From: Psilocybe cubensis
Taxonomy: Eukaryota
NCBI GenBank assembly: GCA_017499595.2
Contig: CM038999.1
Span: 1 to 64,000, forward strand
Direction: 5' to 3'
DNA: 64,000 nucleotides
Part shown: in pieces, positions 1 through 9,900 of the stretch
How positions within the stretch are numbered: the first letter of the stretch is position 1
Layout: every line of letters starts with the position of its first letter
The notes under the pieces: generated by a model
What the model was told of the DNA's origin: nothing
The model's database searches: none
What the model saw: the letters and a program-made list of their open reading frames with translations, nothing else
Translations under genes and position numbers: made by a program

Positions 1-146
1 ACCCTAAACCCTAAACCCTAAACCCTAAACCCTAAACCCTAAACCCTAAACCCTAAACCCTAAACCCTAAACCCTAAACCCTAAACCCTAAACCCTAAAC
101 CCTAAACCCTAAACCCTAAACCCTAAACCCTAAACCCTAAACCCTA
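1..146. repeat. Terminal telomeric tract (CCCTAAA)n / (TTTAGGG)n; left chromosome end
   Basis: About 20 perfect CCCTAAA units from base 1, with the C-rich strand on +. Confidence 0.97.
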
Positions 147-707
147 ACCTAACCCCAACCCTAAGCTAACTAAGTCTAACCTTAGTAGGAAGTAAGGTAG
201 GCGTGTGAACTTCCGAACGGCATGTGATTGTGAAGGGCCGGATCTAATTTAGTACATGGGAAAAGTTACTTAGTACTTCTGGAAAAGTTCCTTAGTACCG
301 TGGAAACATTTTTGATGGACCGGATCATGAACTGTCCAATTAAGATTCACAACAATCAATCATTCTATTGTTTGATTGTTAGGTAAGGACCCAGGTAAGC
401 TATTTATACTCTAGACATGTGAATATTCCCATGTCGCGGTTACTCGGAGCCACGTAACCAGAGTAATCTATATCCATGTGATTCACATCACAGTCAATAA
501 CCCACGATGTCAAAGAACAAAAGTGTTGGATCCACTTTTGACAGGTTACCATGTGCCACATCGACCCGTGACACTCTGTTCATCAGAGACCTGTCTAACT
601 TGACAATAAACATTGACAGATTTGTGATAGTCGGTAAGATACATGACAGCTGCGCAGCATCACTTCACGCGCTGTCATCGGATGTCTAGAACATTCCTTC
701 TAAGAAT

Positions 708-772
708 AGCCACTGAAGAGTCTATAAAGACGAAAGGGCTGGTTGTTGGGATCCCCCAACAGCCCTCTGGCT
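708..772 (+). ncRNA. Type I hammerhead ribozyme in pLTR (intact)
   Basis: AGCCA-CUGAAGA-G-UCU(AUAA)AGA-C-GAAA-GGGCU...AGCCC-UC^-UGGCU. Core CUGANGA/GAAA/NUH and stems I-III all pair; predicted cut after C767. Confidence 0.9.
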
Positions 773-877
773 TCTTTCCATTTTAACTCCCAGTTTAAAC
801 TAGTCGCTCGCACCTCGCTTCGCTCGGTGCTCGCTCCCCCCTAAACCCAACGACTTTGCTATCACCCATCAGCCACT

Positions 878-3800
878 ATGTCATCCCAATATTCTGCTGC
901 TTTCTCTCGTGCCATGTCCCCCTCCCTGGACGCACTCACCCAGGCCGTCGTCAACAACACCGTCTTCGGCGTCAACGATGAAGCAGGCCGCCAAAACGCT
1001 CTCATCGACGAGCTGGCCACTGTGGTCATCAAGAAAATAGCTGAGTGCCGCTCCGTTGATCAAATAATAGACTGCGTCTTTTTTGACTATCGCGCTGCCC
1101 TTAGGGAGTTTCTCCTCAACCTCGCATCGTGGTGCGACAAGAGGGAAACAGTCAGGGCTAGCCTTGAGCGCCTTGAACTTGCCGTTAGCGCAGGGCAGCA
1201 CCCCCAATCGCCTTAAGGTGAAGGCTCCCGAGTTCCAACTCACGAAGGAATTCGCGGATGCCGGGTCAGCGGAGGCTCTTCGAGTCTCTACTACGTTCTC
1301 CACCGCTCGTGACGTCTCTTCCAAAAGGCGATTAACGACGGCGCCATTCAGGCGAAAAAGGACGAACTGGCCTTTTGGGAGGATAAATGCGCACTCGCTT
1401 CTTGCTATGAAGCTGCTGCGGTCATCGTTAAGACAACTTACGAAGACCGCAAGTCCAGCTATAAGCTCCCCGTTTTCTCTACAGACAACAAGGGAGTTCG
1501 TCGCATAGCAGAGTGGGTAACGTCGCCGCAAAAGAAAGCCGAGTGCAGTGCGCTGCAAACTATACTGCCGGCTATCTTTTCTCATATCAAACAAATTGTC
1601 AAATTGCGCCACCGCGCTTTGGCAATTAAGATTGAGAAAAAGCGGTCGACCGCGGCTACAGCCGATGTCGAGATGGCCGACGCGACCAAACCAGGTCCGT
1701 CGATTCAATCCCTTATTGATAAGGGCTTGAATGCACGTCTTAAGAAGCTCAACCTTGGATATGTGGGCAAGAAGGCAGGTTTTCGTAACCCTTCACCCAT
1801 AACTTTGGATACTAATTATTATTCTAATTACCCAGACTTCGTCTGGCCAGAGTTCGTCCAAGGCTCCTCAACCTCAGGCCAAGAAAACTGGCCCTTCGAA
1901 ACCCAAGTCGTCGTCGACGCCTTCGCAACGCAAGCCTCAAACCAAGGCTTCCAACAAGGTCGACAACAAGAAGAAAGGGAAGGGGAGAGCTCCCGTCAAG
2001 AACAACAATCCAAAGGGAAAGGGAAAGGCAAGAGCCTAAACACGCGGTCTAATGTAGTACCTTTTACGTCGGTAAGACCCGCTTTCCCCAACTCTATTCC
2101 TGACGATATACTCACCATGACTAAAACAGACGCAGTTTCATTTGTACACCTCAATACCCCAATTTCTTTCTTATTGGCTGGCCAGTATAGATCTAGTGTA
2201 CATTGTAGTCCTGGTGTTGTAGTTCCGGTTGATGTAGCAAACGACTTATCTCTCGGTTTAAATTATATGTTTTTCACACTGCCTTCTCAAAGTCTGATCA
2301 TGCAAGCATGGAATGATTTTCAACGAAGAATAAGATGGCGTATCTATTTTTTGTTTAAAGAAGGCATGAATAAACCTTTTGATCCAGATTATGGAGTAAG
2401 TTCTAAGAAAAAAGAAAAACCTCCTGTATTACCGCAATTTATGGAACTTGGCCTTTCAATGGGACGTCGGTACGTTATTAAAACGATCGCAAGTATCCCG
2501 GAAGAAGCCCTCAAGGAGATGCGAAAGCACGCGTTCTCTCCTAAAAGGGACAAGATCCAAAAGTTTCTTATCGATAACAACTATGTTATTACGATGACAG
2601 ATAAGAATCTTGGCCTCGCGGTGTCTGAACGCGACTGGATATTAAGGAATGAGCTCAATCTTCTTGAAGATGAACGTAATTACGAAGAGCTAGAATTCGA
2701 AGTTGCGCAAGAAGTAATGAAGAGCAAAATGATCCAGATGCAAACTCTTGCACGTACCGTCGAAGATGAACATCTGTTTCTATTTGAACTTGGGTTGTCT
2801 CGATTCTTTCTATCGAATGTACCGGAAGACGGATCATCGTTCAAGTATCCTCAATTTCATGGTATACCTAAAATCCACAAAAAACCTACTGGATTTAGGC
2901 CCATAATTCCGTGTCACTCTGTAGTATTTAATCCTGCAGCCAAGTTTGTATCAAAAGAGCTTAAGCCGATTATTAAATCGACTCCTTCAATCATTCACGG
3001 AACGAAGGATCTCTTTACGAGATTAAGCCAATTGCGTATAGACCCCCAAACGACAATGGTATTTTGTCACCGGGGATGTAGTTGCTTTCTATCCCAATAT
3101 TCCGTTGGACTTGTGCATCGAAATCGTTTGTAATATGTACGAGGAATGGTTACTCAACGCTTCGGAAGAAAACACTGCATTAGCCCATATTAATCCAAAT
3201 TCGTTAGAGAATAACTTGGTTAAATTGGGCATCTTTAAACGTGCTATCGAGATTGGCAATACGCAATTGATAACACAACATGGGTCTAGATATTTTAGAC
3301 AAAAAAAATGGCCTCGCAATGGGCGTCGCGGATTCTCCGGACCTTGCTAACCTCTTTGGAGCCCATTTTGAAATAAAGTCAAAAATCTTAAACCACCCAA
3401 ACGTGGCCTTCTATGGAAGGTACATCGACGATTGTTTCGCAATTGTTTACGCCGAGTCCGAAGCACTTGCACTTAATCTTATTAAAGAAACAATAAAGTT
3501 CGATGGTTGTGTTATCGAATGGGCTGTTTCCTCGTCGGGATGTCAATTTCTCGATGCTTTCATATTCAAGGAGTCTGGAAAACTTCATTGGAAGCCATTT
3601 GTCAAGACAGGAAACAACCGAGAACGAGTTCCATGGGTATCACATCATCCTTTTGGACGTCAAACGTGGCGTCTACATTGGAGAGTTATCCAGGTTAGCC
3701 GTGCTATGTAGTACCAAGGAAATCTACATCGGAGCAATTAGAGACCTTAACGCTCTCTATTTGATGCGCGGTTATCCCGAAAACCTAGTCATGTCTTGGT

Positions 3801-4417
3801 GTAAGAAGAATATACAAGAACGTTGGGAAAAGCGATTCGCTTTACGAGTCGCAGAGCACGACGAATCCATTCTTGTACTTAAAACCAGATTTGATCAGGT
3901 ATGGAATTGGTTTTCAGCTGCTGAACTTGGAAAGACTGTTACCGAGTACTGGTCGGCATGGTATGAACATGCCGAGAAAGGTCTGTATAGTGCAGACTCG
4001 TCCAGACCCCTTATCAAACCAGATCCAAATTACGTTCACGACCTCGATGATGTTCGCCCGGAGCTGTTCACACAGATCCTCGTGGACGGAGAAACTGAGT
4101 TCGTACCGGATTTGAGGAAGATAGGACTACTCGGAAGTCGTTGGATAGTATCGCGAAAGCGCAATACTAATCTTTTCGACCTTGCAAATGTGTGGAAGAA
4201 AACAGTCTTTCGTAAACTGGATGAAAACATCGCTGAAAAAGGTGGTGTTGTTCCCGAAACTCAAAACGTTAATGAAACTTATCATTCTGCTCTAGTTGAA
4301 GCTGCTGAACAGATAAGTATCGAAAGTGATAACGAGATAATACTTCATAGACGTTCAACCTCACAAGAGAGGGAACATCCAGAATTCGGCAGAATATCCA
4401 AATCTTACAACCGATGA
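878..4417 (+). pseudogene. RT polyprotein of unit 1, split by several small insertions (real decay or read errors)
   Basis: Near-identical to the intact 1176-aa copies but broken into ORFs 878-1216, 1604-3133, 3280-3711 and 3503-4417. Insertions fall mostly in homopolymers. Confidence 0.75.
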
Positions 4418-5128
4418 AAAGAATACTAGCGCGTAAGGCGTAAAGCATTAGAAAAAAAACCCTAACCGTAAGTATTCCTTGCTATAAAGTAACAAACATC
4501 TACTTACAAGCAACACTTTGGATTAAATAGCTAAACCTAAACCCTAAACCCTAAACCCTAAACCCTAACCTAACCCCAACCCTAAGCTAACTAAGTCTAA
4601 CCTTAGTAGGAAGTAAGGTAGGCGTGTGAACTTCCGAACGGCATGTGATTGTGAAGGGCCGGATCTAATTTAGTACATGGGAAAAGTTACTTAGTACTTC
4701 TGGAAAAGTTCCTTAGTACCGTGGAAACATTTTTGATGGACCGGATCATGAACTGTCCAATTAAGATTCACAACAATCAATCATTCTATTGTTTGATTGT
4801 TAGGTAAGGACCCAGGTAAGCTATTTATACTCTAGACATGTGAATATTCCCATGTCGCGGTTACTCGGAGCCACGTAACCAGAGTAATCTATATCCATGT
4901 GATTCACATCACAGTCAATAACCCACGATGTCAAAGAACAAAAGTGTTGGATCCACTTTTGACAGGTTACCATGTGCCACATCGACCCGTGACACTCTGT
5001 TCATCAGAGACCTGTCTAACTTGACAATAAACATTGACAGATTTGTGATAGTCGGTAAGATACATGACAGCTGCGCAGCATCACTTCACGCGCTGTCATC
5101 GGATGTCTAGAACATTCCTTCTAAGAAT

Positions 5129-5193
5129 AGCCACTGAAGAGTCTATAAAGACGAAAGGGCTGGTTGTTGGGATCCCCCAACAGCCCTCTGGCT
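5129..5193 (+). ncRNA. Hammerhead ribozyme (intact), 3' pLTR of unit 1
   Basis: Same motif as 708-772. Confidence 0.9.
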
Positions 5194-5275
5194 TCTTTCC
5201 ATTTTAACTCCCAGTTTAAACTAGTCGCTCGCACCTCGCTTCGCTCGGTGCTCGCTCCCCCCTAAACCCTAAACC

Positions 5276-5349
5276 CTACTTTCCATTTAACTCCCAGTTT
5301 AAACTAGTCGCTCGCACCTCGCTTCGCTCGGTGCTCGCTCCCCCCCTAA
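5276..5349 (+). mobile_element. 74-bp extremely 5'-truncated retroelement fragment
   Basis: Matches the pLTR terminal segment CTACTTTCCATTT...GCTCCCCCCCTAA of the unit-5 haplotype (23290 onward); telomeric repeats cap its left side. Confidence 0.85.
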
Positions 5350-5944
5350 GCTAACTAAGTCTAACCTTAGTAGGAAGTAAGGTAGGCGTGTGAACTTCCG
5401 AAAGGCATGTGATTGTGAAGGGCCGGATCTAATTTAGTACATGGGAAAAGTTACTTAGTACCTCGGGAAAAGTTCCTTAGTACCGTGGAAACATTTTTGA
5501 TGGACCGGATCATGAACTGTCCAATTAAGATTCACAACAATCAATCAATTGATTATTAGGTAAGGACCCAGGTAAGCTATTTATACTCTTGACATGAGAA
5601 TATTCCCATGTCACGGTTACTCGGAGCCACGTAACCAGAGTATTTTATATCCATGTGATTCACATCACAGTCAATAACCCACGATGTCAAAGAACAAAAG
5701 TGTTGGATCCACTTTTGACAGGTTACCATGTGCCACATCGACCCGTGACACTCTGTTCATCAGAGATCTGTCTAACTTGACAATAAACATTGACAGATTT
5801 GTGATAGTCGGTAAGATACATGACAGCTGCGCAGCATCACTTCACGCGCTGTCATCGGATGTTCCAGAACATTCCTTCTAAGAATAGCCACTGAAGAGTC
5901 TATAAAGACGAAAGGGCTGGCTGCTGATAACAATCAACAGCCCT

Positions 5945-6873
5945 CAAGTACTCGTCCTCTCCCAAACTCCTGCCGCTTGTGCCTTCCCAACTCATCCGGG
6001 AGCCCTTTCGTCACTGATCTTGCCCTTGACTCGGGGACGTTTCATCGACATGTTGGCTGCCTCACGGCAAGCGGGGCCCTTTTTCTTTCACTCGCTCACG
6101 CCTTCTATGTTGGGTTACGGAGGTCATACAAACTCGTTTTAGTCTAGCTGCGGGGTTATCCAGCTATGATGACTTTGTAATTCGAGGGCGCGCAGTTCTT
6201 CAATGGGTATGGACATCAGGTGAGAGTACACTGGGGGTTGTCAGGACCAGCTCTGCTGGATACGCTCCTGGCAAGTCGGTTGCAGCCGGCGACACTACCG
6301 AATTGCTGGGACGTCCTAAAGCTTGTGGGTACCGCCGACCGCTGGAAACAGCCTAGGCACCGGTGGCGACCGGGTATGGTAACAATCCCCAAGATTCAGC
6401 GAAAGCTGGAATGGATAATCAGCAGCGAATCCGTAACGGTCACGCCGACGGAAGCGTTCAACGACTAGGTGGTAGTGGGGTCTTCGGATCTTAAGATATA
6501 GTCTTGGGAGTGGGGAAACCCACATCTGGTATCTAAACCGCGCCTCGCTGCTTACGAGGACGGCCCGAAGTCCAGAACCGCTTAAAACGCGGGTGACCCG
6601 GCCTCCCCTTAGTAAAGGGAGTTAACACAAGGATGGACAAATAGTTCGTCGCCGGAAATGAACCTGTGGCTGTAATGGCTGATGTGGCGCCCCTTGGTAA
6701 AGGGCTTAAAGGGTATTAGCCTGCCATGTCCAATGGCATGAGAGTGTCCCTTGGTAAAGGACTTAATAGGCAATAGCCTGCTCTTTTGTCATGAGCGGTA
6801 TGTAGTGATCGTTTGCCTGTACGGTAGCGCCCATTGCTTGCACTGGTCCACGCCCGTAAAAAATCACGAGCCG
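5945..6873 (+). ncRNA. Group I self-splicing intron (IC1-like, 929 nt, no homing endonuclease ORF) inserted in the hammerhead cleavage triplet
   Basis: Exact insertion relative to empty pLTRs (CAGCCCT|CTGGC): the exon ends in U and the intron ends in G. P AATTGCTGGG 6301; Q AATCAGCAG 6417; R GTTCAACGACTA 6456; S AAGATATAGTC 6493; P3 CACTACC 6293 / GGTAGTG 6471; P9 GAAA-loop hairpin 6510-6523. IGS GGGGTTGT 6234-6241 pairs with exon ACAGCCCT, with U.G at the splice site. Confidence 0.92.
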
Positions 6874-6985
6874 CTGGCCTTCTTTCCATTTAACTCACAG
6901 TTTAAACAAGTCGCTCGCACCTCGCTTCGCTCGGTGCTCGCTCCCCCCCTAAACCCAACGACTTTGCTATTACCCAACAGCTACT

Positions 6986-9900
6986 ATGTCTTCCACTTAC
7001 TCTGCTGCCTTCTCTCGTGCCATGTCCCCCACCCTGGACGCACTCACCCAGGCTGTCGTCAACAACACAGTTTTTGGCGTCAACGACGAAGCTGGCCGCC
7101 ACAACGCCCTCATCGACGAGTTGGCCACTGTCGTCATCAAGAAAATAGCTGAGTGCCGCTCCATTGACCAGATTGTAGACTGCGTCTTTTTTGACTATCG
7201 TGCTGCCCTTAGGGAGTTTCTCCTCAACCTCGCATCGTGGTGCGATAAGAGGGAAACAGTCAAGGCTAGCCTCGAGCGCCTTGAACTTGCCGTTAGCGCA
7301 GGCAACACCCCCAATCGCCTTCGGGTGAAGGCTCCCGAGTTCCAACTTACGAAGGAATTCGCGGATGCCGGGTCAGCGGAAGCTCTTCGAGTTTCCTCTA
7401 CGTTCTCCACCGCTCGTGATGTCTTCCAAAAGGCAATCAACGACGGCGCCATTCAGGCGAAAAAGGACGAACTGGCCTTTTGGGATGATAAATGCGCACT
7501 CAATAACTGTTATGAAGCTGCTGCCCTCATCGTTAAGACAACTTACGATGATCGCAAATCCAGCTATAAGCTCCCCGTTTTCTCTACAGACAACAAGGGA
7601 GTTCGTCGAATAACAGATTGGGTAGTGTCACCGCAGAAGAAGGCTGAATGCAGCGCATTGCAAACCATTTTGCCAGCCATCTTCTCTCATATCAAACAGA
7701 TTGTCAACTTGCGCCACCGCGCTTTGGCAATCAAGATTGAGAAAAAGCGGTCGACTGCGGCAACAGCCGATGTCGAGATGGCCGATGCGACCAAACCAGG
7801 TCCATCGATTCAATCCCTTATTGATAAGGGCTTGAATGCACGTCTCAAGAAGCTCAACCTTGGATCTGTGGGCAAGAAGGCAAGTTCTCGTAACCCTTCA
7901 CCCATAATTCTGGATACTAATTACTATTCTAATTACCCAGACTTTGTCTGGCCAGAATTCGTCCAAGGCTCCTCAACCTCAGGCCAAGAAAGCTGGCCCT
8001 TCGAAATTCAAACCCTCGTCGACGCCTTCGCAGAAGAAGCCCCTAACCAAGGCTTCCAACAAGGTCGACAACAAGAAGAAAGGGAAGGGGAGAGCTCCCG
8101 TCAAGAACGATCCAAAGGGAAAGGGAAAGGCAAGAGCCTAGACGCGCGGTCTAATGTAGTACCTTTTACGTCGGTAAGACCCGCCTTCCCCAACTCTATT
8201 CCTGACGATATACTCACCATGACTAAAACAGACGCAGTTTCTTTTGTACACTTACATACGCCGATCTCATTCTTGTTGGCTGGCCAGTATCGTAGTAGTG
8301 TACACTGTAGTCCTGGTGTGGTGGTCCCTGTAGATATAGCAAATGATTTATCACTCGGACTCAATTATATGTTTTTTACTCTACCTTCTCAAAGTCTGAT
8401 CATGCAAGCATGGAATGATTTTCAACGAAGAATAAGATGGCGTATCTATTTTTTGTTTAAGGAAGGCATGAACAAACCTTTTGATCCAGATTACGGAGTA
8501 AGCTCAAAAAAGAAAGAGAAACCTCCAGTATTACCGCAATACATGGAACTTGGCCTTTCGATGGGACGTCGGTACGTGCAACGCACGATCGCAAGTATCC
8601 CGGAAGAAGCCCTTACGGAGATGCGAAAGCACGCGTTCTCTCCTAAAAGGGACAAGATCCGTAAGTTTCTTATCGATAACAACTATGTTATTACGATGAC
8701 AGATAAGAATCTTGGCCTCGCGGTGTCTGAACGCGACTGGATATTAAGGAATGAGCTCAATCTTCTTGAAGATGAACGTAACTATGAAGAGTTAGAATTC
8801 GAAGTTGCGCAAGAAGTAATGAAGAGCAAAATGATCCAGATGCAAACTCTTGCACGTACCGTCGAAGATGAACATCTGTTTCTATTTGAACTTGGGTTGT
8901 CTCGATTCTTTCTATCGAATGTACCGGAAGACGGATCATCGTTCAAGTATCCTCAATTTCATGGTATACCTAAAATCCACAAAAAACCTACTGGATTTAG
9001 GCCCATAATTCCGTGTCACTCTGTAGTATTTAATCCTGCAGCCAAGTTTGTATCAAAAGAGCTTAAGCCGATTATTAAATCGACTCCTTCAATCATTCAC
9101 GGAACGAAGGATCTCTTTACGAGATTAAGCCAATTGCGTATAGACCCCAAACGACAATGGTATTTTGTCACCGGGGATGTAGTTGCTTTCTATCCCAATA
9201 TTCCGTTGGACTTGTGCATCGAAATCGTTTGTAATATGTACGAGGAATGGTTACTCAACGCTTCGGAAGAAAACACTGCATTAGCCCATATTAATCCAAA
9301 TTCGTTAGAGAATAACTTGGTTAAATTGGGCATCTTTAAACGTGCTATCGAGATTGGCAATACGCAATTGATAACACAACATGGGTCTAGATATTTTAGA
9401 CAAAAAAATGGCCTCGCAATGGGCGTCGCGGATTCTCCGGACCTTGCTAACCTCTTTGGAGCCCATTTTGAAATAAAGTCAAAAATCTTAGACCACCCAA
9501 ACGTGGCCTTCTATGGAAGGTACATCGACGATTGTTTCGCAATTGTTTACGCCGAGTCCGAAGCACTTGCACTTAATCTTATTAAAGAAACAATAAAGTT
9601 CGATGGTTGTGTTATCGAATGGGCTGTTTCCTCGTCGGGATGTCAATTTCTCGATGCTTTCATATTCAAGGAGTCTGGAAAACTTCATTGGAAGCCATTT
9701 GTCAAGACAGGAAACAACCGAGAACGAGTTCCATGGGTATCACATCATCCTTTGGACGTCAAACGTGGCGTCTACATTGGAGAGTTATCCAGGTTAGCCG
9801 TGCTATGTAGTACCAAGGAAATCTACATCGGAGCAATTAGAGACCTTAACGCTCTCTATTTGATGCGCGGTTATCCCGAAAACCTAGTCATGTCTTGGTG

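Larger units (their letters stand above)
141..5269 (+). mobile_element. Telomere-associated Penelope-like retroelement (Coprina/Athena-like, no endonuclease), unit 1: pLTR-ORF-pLTR
   Basis: ~700-bp direct repeats (141-848, ~4562-5269) flank an RT ORF. The 5' end faces the telomere and the 3' end terminates in CCCTAAACCC. Confidence 0.9.

Noticed and set aside
507-689. Recurrent 60-65 aa ORF MSKNKSVG in every pLTR
   Set aside because: It recurs only because the pLTR is repeated; its stop differs between haplotypes and it overlaps RNA hairpins.
878-4417. Programmed frameshifting or a multi-ORF organisation in unit 1
   Set aside because: The breaks are mostly +1 homopolymer expansions (CCCCC near 3043, A8 near 3301, TTTT near 3651) absent from the five intact copies. 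They look like read errors at the contig end or simple decay.
5985-6045. Minus-strand hammerhead within the intron (GACGAAAGGGCT...CGGATGAG)
   Set aside because: The core reads CGGAUGA rather than CUGANGA and I could not build the three stems; it is better explained as antisense to the plus-strand hammerhead.
6220-6525. ORFs inside the intron as a homing endonuclease or maturase
   Set aside because: They are short (82 and 69 aa), overlap the catalytic core, and show no LAGLIDADG, GIY-YIG, HNH or His-Cys motif.
6290-6525. rDNA fragment
   Set aside because: The flanks are pLTR sequence, not rRNA; only the intron core resembles rDNA introns.
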